Shown piece after piece: positions 25,901 through 40,900 of a DNA stretch of 64,000 nucleotides. The position numbers and the translations under genes are program-made. Below the pieces are notes generated by a model that saw nothing but the letters and a program-made list of their open reading frames with translations, did no database searches and was not told the DNA's origin. Source of the stretch: the human T2T-CHM13v2.0 reference genome, Homo sapiens. The stretch is from NCBI RefSeq assembly GCF_009914755.1, contig NC_060942.1. One strand, written 5' to 3'. Each line of letters starts with the position of its first letter. Position 1 is the stretch's first letter.

Positions 25901-28900
25901 ATTCTCAGAAACTTCTTTGGGATGCTTGCATTCAAGTCACAGAGTAGAACATTCCCTTTGGTAGAGCAGGTTTGAAACACTCTTTTTGTAGTATCTGGAA
26001 GTGGACATTTGGAGCGCTTTCAGGCCTACGTTGGAAAAGGAAATATCTTCCCATAACAACTAGACAGAAGCATTCTCAGAAACTAGTTTCTGATGTGTGT
26101 CCTCAACTAACACAGTTGAACATTTCTTTAGACAGAACAGTTTTGAAACACTCTTTTTGTGGAATCTGCAAGTGGCTATTTGGCTAGATTTGAGGATTTC
26201 GTTGGAAACGGGATTACATATAAAAAGCAGTCAGCGGCATTCTCAGAAAGTTCTTTGTGATGATTGCATTCAAGTCACAGAATTGAACATTCCCTTTCAC
26301 AGAGCAGGTTTGAAACACTCTTTTTGTAGTGTGTGTAAGTGGACATTTGGAGCACTTACCGGCCTAAGGTGAAAAAGGAAATATCTTCCCATAAAAACTA
26401 GACAGAAGCATTCTCAGAAACTTACTCGTGATGTGTGTCCTCAACTAAAGGAGTAGAACCTTTCTTTTCATAGAGAAGTTTTGAAACGCTCTTTTTGTGG
26501 AATCTGCAAGTGGATATTTGGCTAGTTTTGAGGATTTCGTTGGAAGCGGGAATTCATACAAATTGCAGACTGCAGCGTTCTGAGAAACATCTTTGTGATG
26601 TTTGTATTCAGGACACAGAGTTGAACATTCCCTATCATAGAGCAGGTTTGAATCACTCCTTTTGTAGTATCTGGAAGTGGACATTTGGAGCGCTTTCAGG
26701 CCTATGTTGGAAAAGGAAATATCTTCCCATAACAACTAGACAGAAGCATTCTCAGAAACTTATTTGAGATGTGTGTACTCAACTAAGAGAATTGAACCAC
26801 CGTTTTGAAGGAGCAGTTTTGAAACTCTCTTTTTCTGGAATCTGCAAGTGGATATTTGGCTAGCTTTGGGGATTTCGCTGGAAGCGGGAATACATATAAA
26901 AAGCACACAGCAGCGTTCTGAGAAACTGCTTTCTGATGTTTGCATTCAAGTCAAAAGTTGAACACTCCCTTTCATAGAGCAGTCCTGAAACACCCCTTTT
27001 GTAGTATCTGGAACTGGACTTTTGGAGCGATTTCAGGGCTAAGGTGAAAAAGGAAATATCTTCCCATAAAAACTGGACAGAAGCATTCTCAGAAACTTGT
27101 TTATGCTGTATCTACTCAACTAACAAAGTTGAACCTTTCTTTTGATAGAGCAGTTTTGAAATGGTCTTTTTGTGGAATCTGCAAGTGGATATTTGGCTAG
27201 TTTTGAGGATTTCGTTGGAAGCGGGAATTCATACAAATTGCAGACTGCAGCGTTCTGAGAAACATCTTTGTGATGTTTGTATTCAGGACACAGAGTTGAA
27301 CATTCCCTATCATAGAGCAGGTTGGAATCACTCCTTTTGTAGTATCTGGAAGTGGACATTTGGAGCGCTTTCAGGCCTATTTTGGAAAGGGAAATATCTT
27401 CCCGTAACAACTATGCAGAAGCATTCTCAGAAACTTGTTTGTGATGTGTGCCCTCTACTGACAGAGTTGAACCTTTCTTTTCATAGAGCAGTTTTGAAAC
27501 ACTCTTTTTGTAGAATCTGCAAGAGGATATTTGCATAGCTTTGAGGATTTCGTGGGAAACGGGATTGTCTTCAGGTAAAATCTAGACAGAAGCATTCTCA
27601 GAAACTTCTTTGGGATGTTTGCATTCAAGTCACAGAGTAGAACATTCCCTTTGGTAGAGCAGGTTTGAAACACTCTTTTTGTAGTATCTGGAAGTGGACA
27701 TTTGGAGCGCTTTCAGGCCCATGTTGGAAAGGGAAATATCTTCCCGTAACAACTAGGCAGAAGCATTCTCAGAAACTTATTTGAGATGTGTGTACTCAAC
27801 TAAGAGAATTGAACCACCGTTTTGAAGGAGCAGTTTTGAAACACTCTTTTTCTGGAATCTGCAAGAGTATATTTGCCTAGCCTTGAGGATTTCGTTGGAA
27901 ACGGGATTGTCTTCAGAGAAAATCTAGACAGAAGCATTCTCAGAAACTTCTTTGGGATGCTTGCATTCAAGTCACAGAGTAGAACATTCCCTTTGGTAGA
28001 GCAGGTTTGAAACACTCTTTTTGTAGTATCTGGAAGTGGACATTTGGAGCGCTTTCAGGCCTACGTTGGAAAAGGAAATATCTTCCCATAACAACTAGAC
28101 AGAAGCATTCTCAGAAACTAGTTTCTGATGTGTGTCCTCAACTAACACAGTTGAACATTTCTTTAGACAGAACAGTTTTGAAACACTCTTTTTGTGGAAT
28201 CTGCAAGTGGCTATTTGGCTAGATTTGAGGATTTCGTTGGAAACGGGATTACATATAAAAAGCAGTCAGCGGCATTCTCAGAAAGTTCTTTGTGATGATT
28301 GCATTCAAGTCACAGAATTGAACATTCCCTTTCACAGAGCAGGTTTGAAACACTCTTTTTGTAGTGTGTGTAAGTGGACATTTGGAGCACTTACCGGCCT
28401 AAGGTGAAAAAGGAAATATCTTCCCATAAAAACTAGACAGAAGCATTCTCAGAAACTTACTCGTGATGTGTGTCCTCAACTAAAGGGGTAGAACCTTTCT
28501 TTTCATAGAGAAGTTTTGAAACGCTCTTTTTGTGGAATCTGCAAGTGGATATTTGGCTAGTTTTGAGGATTTCGTTGGAAGCGGGAATTCATACAAATTG
28601 CAGACTGCAGCGTTCTGAGAAACATCTTTGTGATGTTTGTATTCAGGACACAGAGTTGAACATTCCCTATCATAGAGCAGGTTTGAATCACTCCTTTTGT
28701 AGTATCTGGAAGTGGACATTTGGAGCGCTTTCAGGCCTATGTTGGAAAAGGAAATATCTTCCCATAACAACTAGACAGAAGCATTCTCAGAAACTTATTT
28801 GAGATGTGTGTACTCAACTAAGAGAATTGAACCACCGTTTTGAAGGAGCAGTTTTGAAACTCTCTTTTTCTGGAATCTGCAAGTGGATATTTGGCTAGCT

Positions 28901-31900
28901 TTGGGGATTTCGCTGGAAGCGGGAATACATATAAAAAGCACACAGCAGCGTTCTGAGAAACTGCTTTCTGATGTTTGCATTCAAGTCAAAAGTTGAACAC
29001 TCCCTTTCATAGAGCAGTCCTGAAACACCCCTTTTGTAGTATCTGGAACTGGACTTTTGGAGCGATTTCAGGGCTAAGGTGAAAAAGGAAATATCTTCCC
29101 ATAAAAACTGGACAGAAGCATTCTCAGAAACTTGTTTATGCTGTATCTACTCAACTAACAAAGTTGAACCTTTCTTTTGATAGAGCAGTTTTGAAATGGT
29201 CTTTTTGTGGAATCTGCAAGTGGATATTTGGCTAGTTTTGAGGATTTCGTTGGAAGCGGGAATTCATACAAATTGCAGACTGCAGCGTTCTGAGAAACAT
29301 CTTTGTGATGTTTGTATTCAGGACACAGAGTTGAACATTCCCTATCATAGAGCAGGTTGGAATCACTCCTTTTGTAGTATCTGGAAGTGGACATTTGGAG
29401 CGCTTTCAGGCCTATTTTGGAAAGGGAAATATCTTCCCGTAACAACTATGCAGAAGCATTCTCAGAAACTTGTTTGTGATGTGTGCCCTCTACTGACAGA
29501 GTTGAACCTTTCTTTTCATAGAGCAGTTTTGAAACACTCTTTTTGTAGAATCTGCAAGAGGATATTTGCATAGCTTTGAGGATTTCGTGGGAAACGGGAT
29601 TGTCTTCAGGTAAAATCTAGACAGAAGCATTCTCAGAAACTTCTTTGGGATGTTTGCATTCAAGTCACAGAGTAGAACATTCCCTTTGGTAGAGCAGGTT
29701 TGAAACACTCTTTTTGTAGTATCTGGAAGTGGACATTTGGAGCGCTTTCAGGCCCATGTTGGAAAGGGAAATATCTTCCCGTAACAACTAGGCAGAAGCA
29801 TTCTCAGAAACTTATTTGAGATGTGTGTACTCAACTAAGAGAATTGAACCACCGTTTTGAAGGAGCAGTTTTGAAACACTCTTTTTCTGGAATCTGCAAG
29901 AGTATATTTGCCTAGCCTTGAGGATTTCGTTGGAAACGGGATTGTCTTCAGAGAAAATCTAGACAGAAGCATTCTCAGAAACTTCTTTGGGATGCTTGCA
30001 TTCAAGTCACAGAGTAGAACATTCCCTTTGGTAGAGCAGGTTTGAAACACTCTTTTTGTAGTATCTGGAAGTGGACATTTGGAGCGCTTTCAGGCCTACG
30101 TTGGAAAAGGAAATATCTTCCCATAACAACTAGACAGAAGCATTCTCAGAAACTAGTTTCTGATGTGTGTCCTCAACTAACACAGTTGAACATTTCTTTA
30201 GACAGAACAGTTTTGAAACACTCTTTTTGTGGAATCTGCAAGTGGCTATTTGGCTAGATTTGAGGATTTCGTTGGAAACGGGATTACATATAAAAAGCAG
30301 TCAGCGGCATTCTCAGAAAGTTCTTTGTGATGATTGCATTCAAGTCACAGAATTGAACATTCCCTTTCACAGAGCAGGTTTGAAACACTCTTTTTGTAGT
30401 GTGTGTAAGTGGACATTTGGAGCACTTACCGGCCTAAGGTGAAAAAGGAAATATCTTCCCATAAAAACTAGACAGAAGCATTCTCAGAAACTTACTCGTG
30501 ATGTGTGTCCTCAACTAAAGGAGTAGAACCTTTCTTTTCATAGAGAAGTTTTGAAACGCTCTTTTTGTGGAATCTGCAAGTGGATATTTGGCTAGTTTTG
30601 AGGATTTCGTTGGAAGCGGGAATTCATACAAATTGCAGACTGCAGCGTTCTGAGAAACATCTTTGTGATGTTTGTATTCAGGACACAGAGTTGAACATTC
30701 CCTATCATAGAGCAGGTTTGAATCACTCCTTTTGTAGTATCTGGAAGTGGACATTTGGAGCGCTTTCAGGCCTATGTTGGAAAAGGAAATATCTTCCCAT
30801 AACAACTAGACAGAAGCATTCTCAGAAACTTATTTGAGATGTGTGTACTCAACTAAGAGAATTGAACCACCGTTTTGAAGGAGCAGTTTTGAAACTCTCT
30901 TTTTCTGGAATCTGCAAGTGGATATTTGGCTAGCTTTGGGGATTTCGCTGGAAGCGGGAATACATATAAAAAGCACACAGCAGCGTTCTGAGAAACTGCT
31001 TTCTGATGTTTGCATTCAAGTCAAAAGTTGAACACTCCCTTTCATAGAGCAGTCCTGAAACACCCCTTTTGTAGTATCTGGAACTGGACTTTTGGAGCGA
31101 TTTCAGGGCTAAGGTGAAAAAGGAAATATCTTCCCATAAAAACTGGACAGAAGCATTCTCAGAAACTTGTTTATGCTGTATCTACTCAACTAACAAAGTT
31201 GAACCTTTCTTTTGATAGAGCAGTTTTGAAATGGTCTTTTTGTGGAATCTGCAAGTGGATATTTGGCTAGTTTTGAGGATTTCGTTGGAAGCGGGAATTC
31301 ATACAAATTGCAGACTGCAGCGTTCTGAGAAACATCTTTGTGATGTTTGTATTCAGGACACAGAGTTGAACATTCCCTATCATAGAGCAGGTTGGAATCA
31401 CTCCTTTTGTAGTATCTGGAAGTGGACATTTGGAGCGCTTTCAGGCCTATTTTGGAAAGGGAAATATCTTCCCGTAACAACTATGCAGAAGCATTCTCAG
31501 AAACTTGTTTGTGATGTGTGCCCTCTACTGACAGAGTTGAACCTTTCTTTTCATAGAGCAGTTTTGAAACACTCTTTTTGTAGAATCTGCAAGAGGATAT
31601 TTGCATAGCTTTGAGGATTTCGTGGGAAACGGGATTGTCTTCAGGTAAAATCTAGACAGAAGCATTCTCAGAAACTTCTTTGGGATGTTTGCATTCAAGT
31701 CACAGAGTAGAACATTCCCTTTGGTAGAGCAGGTTTGAAACACTCTTTTTGTAGTATCTGGAAGTGGACATTTGGAGCGCTTTCAGGCCCATGTTGGAAA
31801 GGGAAATATCTTCCCGTAACAACTAGGCAGAAGCATTCTCAGAAACTTATTTGAGATGTGTGTACTCAACTAAGAGAATTGAACCACCGTTTTGAAGGAG

Positions 31901-34900
31901 CAGTTTTGAAACACTCTTTTTCTGGAATCTGCAAGAGTATATTTGCCTAGCCTTGAGGATTTCGTTGGAAACGGGATTGTCTTCAGAGAAAATCTAGACA
32001 GAAGCATTCTCAGAAACTTCTTTGGGATGCTTGCATTCAAGTCACAGAGTAGAACATTCCCTTTGGTAGAGCAGGTTTGAAACACTCTTTTTGTAGTATC
32101 TGGAAGTGGACATTTGGAGCGCTTTCAGGCCTACGTTGGAAAAGGAAATATCTTCCCATAACAACTAGACAGAAGCATTCTCAGAAACTAGTTTCTGATG
32201 TGTGTCCTCAACTAACACAGTTGAACATTTCTTTAGACAGAACAGTTTTGAAACACTCTTTTTGTGGAATCTGCAAGTGGCTATTTGGCTAGATTTGAGG
32301 ATTTCGTTGGAAACGGGATTACATATAAAAAGCAGTCAGCGGCATTCTCAGAAAGTTCTTTGTGATGATTGCATTCAAGTCACAGAATTGAACATTCCCT
32401 TTCACAGAGCAGGTTTGAAACACTCTTTTTGTAGTGTGTGTAAGTGGACATTTGGAGCACTTACCGGCCTAAGGTGAAAAAGGAAATATCTTCCCATAAA
32501 AACTAGACAGAAGCATTCTCAGAAACTTACTCGTGATGTGTGTCCTCAACTAAAGGGGTAGAACCTTTCTTTTCATAGAGAAGTTTTGAAACGCTCTTTT
32601 TGTGGAATCTGCAAGTGGATATTTGGCTAGTTTTGAGGATTTCGTTGGAAGCGGGAATTCATACAAATTGCAGACTGCAGCGTTCTGAGAAACATCTTTG
32701 TGATGTTTGTATTCAGGACACAGAGTTGAACATTCCCTATCATAGAGCAGGTTTGAATCACTCCTTTTGTAGTATCTGGAAGTGGACATTTGGAGCGCTT
32801 TCAGGCCTATGTTGGAAAAGGAAATATCTTCCCATAACAACTAGACAGAAGCATTCTCAGAAACTTATTTGAGATGTGTGTACTCAACTAAGAGAATTGA
32901 ACCACCGTTTTGAAGGAGCAGTTTTGAAACTCTCTTTTTCTGGAATCTGCAAGTGGATATTTGGCTAGCTTTGGGGATTTCGCTGGAAGCGGGAATACAT
33001 ATAAAAAGCACACAGCAGCGTTCTGAGAAACTGCTTTCTGATGTTTGCATTCAAGTCAAAAGTTGAACACTCCCTTTCATAGAGCAGTCCTGAAACACCC
33101 CTTTTGTAGTATCTGGAACTGGACTTTTGGAGCGATTTCAGGGCTAAGGTGAAAAAGGAAATATCTTCCCATAAAAACTGGACAGAAGCATTCTCAGAAA
33201 CTTGTTTATGCTGTATCTACTCAACTAACAAAGTTGAACCTTTCTTTTGATAGAGCAGTTTTGAAATGGTCTTTTTGTGGAATCTGCAAGTGGATATTTG
33301 GCTAGTTTTGAGGATTTCGTTGGAAGCGGGAATTCATACAAATTGCAGACTGCAGCGTTCTGAGAAACATCTTTGTGATGTTTGTATTCAGGACACAGAG
33401 TTGAACATTCCCTATCATAGAGCAGGTTGGAATCACTCCTTTTGTAGTATCTGGAAGTGGACATTTGGAGCGCTTTCAGGCCTATTTTGGAAAGGGAAAT
33501 ATCTTCCCGTAACAACTATGCAGAAGCATTCTCAGAAACTTGTTTGTGATGTGTGCCCTCTACTGACAGAGTTGAACCTTTCTTTTCATAGAGCAGTTTT
33601 GAAACACTCTTTTTGTAGAATCTGCAAGAGGATATTTGCATAGCTTTGAGGATTTCGTGGGAAACGGGATTGTCTTCAGGTAAAATCTAGACAGAAGCAT
33701 TCTCAGAAACTTCTTTGGGATGTTTGCATTCAAGTCACAGAGTAGAACATTCCCTTTGGTAGAGCAGGTTTGAAACACTCTTTTTGTAGTATCTGGAAGT
33801 GGACATTTGGAGCGCTTTCAGGCCCATGTTGGAAAGGGAAATATCTTCCCGTAACAACTAGGCAGAAGCATTCTCAGAAACTTATTTGAGATGTGTGTAC
33901 TCAACTAAGAGAATTGAACCACCGTTTTGAAGGAGCAGTTTTGAAACACTCTTTTTCTGGAATCTGCAAGAGTATATTTGCCTAGCCTTGAGGATTTCGT
34001 TGGAAACGGGATTGTCTTCAGAGAAAATCTAGACAGAAGCATTCTCAGAAACTTCTTTGGGATGCTTGCATTCAAGTCACAGAGTAGAACATTCCCTTTG
34101 GTAGAGCAGGTTTGAAACACTCTTTTTGTAGTATCTGGAAGTGGACATTTGGAGCGCTTTCAGGCCTACGTTGGAAAAGGAAATATCTTCCCATAACAAC
34201 TAGACAGAAGCATTCTCAGAAACTAGTTTCTGATGTGTGTCCTCAACTAACACAGTTGAACATTTCTTTAGACAGAACAGTTTTGAAACACTCTTTTTGT
34301 GGAATCTGCAAGTGGCTATTTGGCTAGATTTGAGGATTTCGTTGGAAACGGGATTACATATAAAAAGCAGTCAGCGGCATTCTCAGAAAGTTCTTTGTGA
34401 TGATTGCATTCAAGTCACAGAATTGAACATTCCCTTTCACAGAGCAGGTTTGAAACACTCTTTTTGTAGTGTGTGTAAGTGGACATTTGGAGCACTTACC
34501 GGCCTAAGGTGAAAAAGGAAATATCTTCCCATAAAAACTAGACAGAAGCATTCTCAGAAACTTACTCGTGATGTGTGTCCTCAACTAAAGGAGTAGAACC
34601 TTTCTTTTCATAGAGAAGTTTTGAAACGCTCTTTTTGTGGAATCTGCAAGTGGATATTTGGCTAGTTTTGAGGATTTCGTTGGAAGCGGGAATTCATACA
34701 AATTGCAGACTGCAGCGTTCTGAGAAACATCTTTGTGATGTTTGTATTCAGGACACAGAGTTGAACATTCCCTATCATAGAGCAGGTTTGAATCACTCCT
34801 TTTGTAGTATCTGGAAGTGGACATTTGGAGCGCTTTCAGGCCTATGTTGGAAAAGGAAATATCTTCCCATAACAACTAGACAGAAGCATTCTCAGAAACT

Positions 34901-37900
34901 TATTTGAGATGTGTGTACTCAACTAAGAGAATTGAACCACCGTTTTGAAGGAGCAGTTTTGAAACTCTCTTTTTCTGGAATCTGCAAGTGGATATTTGGC
35001 TAGCTTTGGGGATTTCGCTGGAAGCGGGAATACATATAAAAAGCACACAGCAGCGTTCTGAGAAACTGCTTTCTGATGTTTGCATTCAAGTCAAAAGTTG
35101 AACACTCCCTTTCATAGAGCAGTCCTGAAACACCCCTTTTGTAGTATCTGGAACTGGACTTTTGGAGCGATTTCAGGGCTAAGGTGAAAAAGGAAATATC
35201 TTCCCATAAAAACTGGACAGAAGCATTCTCAGAAACTTGTTTATGCTGTATCTACTCAACTAACAAAGTTGAACCTTTCTTTTGATAGAGCAGTTTTGAA
35301 ATGGTCTTTTTGTGGAATCTGCAAGTGGATATTTGGCTAGTTTTGAGGATTTCGTTGGAAGCGGGAATTCATACAAATTGCAGACTGCAGCGTTCTGAGA
35401 AACATCTTTGTGATGTTTGTATTCAGGACACAGAGTTGAACATTCCCTATCATAGAGCAGGTTGGAATCACTCCTTTTGTAGTATCTGGAAGTGGACATT
35501 TGGAGCGCTTTCAGGCCTATTTTGGAAAGGGAAATATCTTCCCGTAACAACTATGCAGAAGCATTCTCAGAAACTTGTTTGTGATGTGTGCCCTCTACTG
35601 ACAGAGTTGAACCTTTCTTTTCATAGAGCAGTTTTGAAACACTCTTTTTGTAGAATCTGCAAGAGGATATTTGCATAGCTTTGAGGATTTCGTGGGAAAC
35701 GGGATTGTCTTCAGGTAAAATCTAGACAGAAGCATTCTCAGAAACTTCTTTGGGATGTTTGCATTCAAGTCACAGAGTAGAACATTCCCTTTGGTAGAGC
35801 AGGTTTGAAACACTCTTTTTGTAGTATCTGGAAGTGGACATTTGGAGCGCTTTCAGGCCCATGTTGGAAAGGGAAATATCTTCCCGTAACAACTAGGCAG
35901 AAGCATTCTCAGAAACTTATTTGAGATGTGTGTACTCAACTAAGAGAATTGAACCACCGTTTTGAAGGAGCAGTTTTGAAACACTCTTTTTCTGGAATCT
36001 GCAAGAGTATATTTGCCTAGCCTTGAGGATTTCGTTGGAAACGGGATTGTCTTCAGAGAAAATCTAGACAGAAGCATTCTCAGAAACTTCTTTGGGATGC
36101 TTGCATTCAAGTCACAGAGTAGAACATTCCCTTTGGTAGAGCAGGTTTGAAACACTCTTTTTGTAGTATCTGGAAGTGGACATTTGGAGCGCTTTCAGGC
36201 CTACGTTGGAAAAGGAAATATCTTCCCATAACAACTAGACAGAAGCATTCTCAGAAACTAGTTTCTGATGTGTGTCCTCAACTAACACAGTTGAACATTT
36301 CTTTAGACAGAACAGTTTTGAAACACTCTTTTTGTGGAATCTGCAAGTGGCTATTTGGCTAGATTTGAGGATTTCGTTGGAAACGGGATTACATATAAAA
36401 AGCAGTCAGCGGCATTCTCAGAAAGTTCTTTGTGATGATTGCATTCAAGTCACAGAATTGAACATTCCCTTTCACAGAGCAGGTTTGAAACACTCTTTTT
36501 GTAGTGTGTGTAAGTGGACATTTGGAGCACTTACCGGCCTAAGGTGAAAAAGGAAATATCTTCCCATAAAAACTAGACAGAAGCATTCTCAGAAACTTAC
36601 TCGTGATGTGTGTCCTCAACTAAAGGAGTAGAACCTTTCTTTTCATAGAGAAGTTTTGAAACGCTCTTTTTGTGGAATCTGCAAGTGGATATTTGGCTAG
36701 TTTTGAGGATTTCGTTGGAAGCGGGAATTCATACAAATTGCAGACTGCAGCGTTCTGAGAAACATCTTTGTGATGTTTGTATTCAGGACACAGAGTTGAA
36801 CATTCCCTATCATAGAGCAGGTTTGAATCACTCCTTTTGTAGTATCTGGAAGTGGACATTTGGAGCGCTTTCAGGCCTATGTTGGAAAAGGAAATATCTT
36901 CCCATAACAACTAGACAGAAGCATTCTCAGAAACTTATTTGAGATGTGTGTACTCAACTAAGAGAATTGAACCACCGTTTTGAAGGAGCAGTTTTGAAAC
37001 TCTCTTTTTCTGGAATCTGCAAGTGGATATTTGGCTAGCTTTGGGGATTTCGCTGGAAGCGGGAATACATATAAAAAGCACACAGCAGCGTTCTGAGAAA
37101 CTGCTTTCTGATGTTTGCATTCAAGTCAAAAGTTGAACACTCCCTTTCATAGAGCAGTCCTGAAACACCCCTTTTGTAGTATCTGGAACTGGACTTTTGG
37201 AGCGATTTCAGGGCTAAGGTGAAAAAGGAAATATCTTCCCATAAAAACTGGACAGAAGCATTCTCAGAAACTTGTTTATGCTGTATCTACTCAACTAACA
37301 AAGTTGAACCTTTCTTTTGATAGAGCAGTTTTGAAATGGTCTTTTTGTGGAATCTGCAAGTGGATATTTGGCTAGTTTTGAGGATTTCGTTGGAAGCGGG
37401 AATTCATACAAATTGCAGACTGCAGCGTTCTGAGAAACATCTTTGTGATGTTTGTATTCAGGACACAGAGTTGAACATTCCCTATCATAGAGCAGGTTGG
37501 AATCACTCCTTTTGTAGTATCTGGAAGTGGACATTTGGAGCGCTTTCAGGCCTATTTTGGAAAGGGAAATATCTTCCCGTAACAACTATGCAGAAGCATT
37601 CTCAGAAACTTGTTTGTGATGTGTGCCCTCTACTGACAGAGTTGAACCTTTCTTTTCATAGAGCAGTTTTGAAACACTCTTTTTGTAGAATCTGCAAGAG
37701 GATATTTGCATAGCTTTGAGGATTTCGTGGGAAACGGGATTGTCTTCAGGTAAAATCTAGACAGAAGCATTCTCAGAAACTTCTTTGGGATGTTTGCATT
37801 CAAGTCACAGAGTAGAACATTCCCTTTGGTAGAGCAGGTTTGAAACACTCTTTTTGTAGTATCTGGAAGTGGACATTTGGAGCGCTTTCAGGCCCATGTT

Positions 37901-40900
37901 GGAAAGGGAAATATCTTCCCGTAACAACTAGGCAGAAGCATTCTCAGAAACTTATTTGAGATGTGTGTACTCAACTAAGAGAATTGAACCACCGTTTTGA
38001 AGGAGCAGTTTTGAAACACTCTTTTTCTGGAATCTGCAAGAGTATATTTGCCTAGCCTTGAGGATTTCGTTGGAAACGGGATTGTCTTCAGAGAAAATCT
38101 AGACAGAAGCATTCTCAGAAACTTCTTTGGGATGCTTGCATTCAAGTCACAGAGTAGAACATTCCCTTTGGTAGAGCAGGTTTGAAACACTCTTTTTGTA
38201 GTATCTGGAAGTGGACATTTGGAGCGCTTTCAGGCCTACGTTGGAAAAGGAAATATCTTCCCATAACAACTAGACAGAAGCATTCTCAGAAACTAGTTTC
38301 TGATGTGTGTCCTCAACTAACACAGTTGAACATTTCTTTAGACAGAACAGTTTTGAAACACTCTTTTTGTGGAATCTGCAAGTGGCTATTTGGCTAGATT
38401 TGAGGATTTCGTTGGAAACGGGATTACATATAAAAAGCAGTCAGCGGCATTCTCAGAAAGTTCTTTGTGATGATTGCATTCAAGTCACAGAATTGAACAT
38501 TCCCTTTCACAGAGCAGGTTTGAAACACTCTTTTTGTAGTGTGTGTAAGTGGACATTTGGAGCACTTACCGGCCTAAGGTGAAAAAGGAAATATCTTCCC
38601 ATAAAAACTAGACAGAAGCATTCTCAGAAACTTACTCGTGATGTGTGTCCTCAACTAAAGGGGTAGAACCTTTCTTTTCATAGAGAAGTTTTGAAACGCT
38701 CTTTTTGTGGAATCTGCAAGTGGATATTTGGCTAGTTTTGAGGATTTCGTTGGAAGCGGGAATTCATACAAATTGCAGACTGCAGCGTTCTGAGAAACAT
38801 CTTTGTGATGTTTGTATTCAGGACACAGAGTTGAACATTCCCTATCATAGAGCAGGTTTGAATCACTCCTTTTGTAGTATCTGGAAGTGGACATTTGGAG
38901 CGCTTTCAGGCCTATGTTGGAAAAGGAAATATCTTCCCATAACAACTAGACAGAAGCATTCTCAGAAACTTATTTGAGATGTGTGTACTCAACTAAGAGA
39001 ATTGAACCACCGTTTTGAAGGAGCAGTTTTGAAACTCTCTTTTTCTGGAATCTGCAAGTGGATATTTGGCTAGCTTTGGGGATTTCGCTGGAAGCGGGAA
39101 TACATATAAAAAGCACACAGCAGCGTTCTGAGAAACTGCTTTCTGATGTTTGCATTCAAGTCAAAAGTTGAACACTCCCTTTCATAGAGCAGTCCTGAAA
39201 CACCCCTTTTGTAGTATCTGGAACTGGACTTTTGGAGCGATTTCAGGGCTAAGGTGAAAAAGGAAATATCTTCCCATAAAAACTGGACAGAAGCATTCTC
39301 AGAAACTTGTTTATGCTGTATCTACTCAACTAACAAAGTTGAACCTTTCTTTTGATAGAGCAGTTTTGAAATGGTCTTTTTGTGGAATCTGCAAGTGGAT
39401 ATTTGGCTAGTTTTGAGGATTTCGTTGGAAGCGGGAATTCATACAAATTGCAGACTGCAGCGTTCTGAGAAACATCTTTGTGATGTTTGTATTCAGGACA
39501 CAGAGTTGAACATTCCCTATCATAGAGCAGGTTGGAATCACTCCTTTTGTAGTATCTGGAAGTGGACATTTGGAGCGCTTTCAGGCCTATTTTGGAAAGG
39601 GAAATATCTTCCCGTAACAACTATGCAGAAGCATTCTCAGAAACTTGTTTGTGATGTGTGCCCTCTACTGACAGAGTTGAACCTTTCTTTTCATAGAGCA
39701 GTTTTGAAACACTCTTTTTGTAGAATCTGCAAGAGGATATTTGCATAGCTTTGAGGATTTCGTGGGAAACGGGATTGTCTTCAGGTAAAATCTAGACAGA
39801 AGCATTCTCAGAAACTTCTTTGGGATGTTTGCATTCAAGTCACAGAGTAGAACATTCCCTTTGGTAGAGCAGGTTTGAAACACTCTTTTTGTAGTATCTG
39901 GAAGTGGACATTTGGAGCGCTTTCAGGCCCATGTTGGAAAGGGAAATATCTTCCCGTAACAACTAGGCAGAAGCATTCTCAGAAACTTATTTGAGATGTG
40001 TGTACTCAACTAAGAGAATTGAACCACCGTTTTGAAGGAGCAGTTTTGAAACACTCTTTTTCTGGAATCTGCAAGAGTATATTTGCCTAGCCTTGAGGAT
40101 TTCGTTGGAAACGGGATTGTCTTCAGAGAAAATCTAGACAGAAGCATTCTCAGAAACTTCTTTGGGATGCTTGCATTCAAGTCACAGAGTAGAACATTCC
40201 CTTTGGTAGAGCAGGTTTGAAACACTCTTTTTGTAGTATCTGGAAGTGGACATTTGGAGCGCTTTCAGGCCTACGTTGGAAAAGGAAATATCTTCCCATA
40301 ACAACTAGACAGAAGCATTCTCAGAAACTAGTTTCTGATGTGTGTCCTCAACTAACACAGTTGAACATTTCTTTAGACAGAACAGTTTTGAAACACTCTT
40401 TTTGTGGAATCTGCAAGTGGCTATTTGGCTAGATTTGAGGATTTCGTTGGAAACGGGATTACATATAAAAACCAGTCAGCGGCATTCTCAGAAAGTTCTT
40501 TGTGATGATTGCATTCAAGTCACAGAATTGAACATTCCCTTTCACAGAGCAGGTTTGAAACACTCTTTTTGTAGTGTGTGTAAGTGGACATTTGGAGCAC
40601 TTACCGGCCTAAGGTGAAAAAGGAAATATCTTCCCATAAAAACTAGACAGAAGCATTCTCAGAAACTTACTCGTGATGTGTGTCCTCAACTAAAGGGGTA
40701 GAACCTTTCTTTTCATAGAGAAGTTTTGAAACGCTCTTTTTGTGGAATCTGCAAGTGGATATTTGGCTAGTTTTGAGGATTTCGTTGGAAGCGGGAATTC
40801 ATACAAATTGCAGACTGCAGCGTTCTGAGAAACATCTTTGTGATGTTTGTATTCAGGACACAGAGTTGAACATTCCCTATCATAGAGCAGGTTTGAATCA

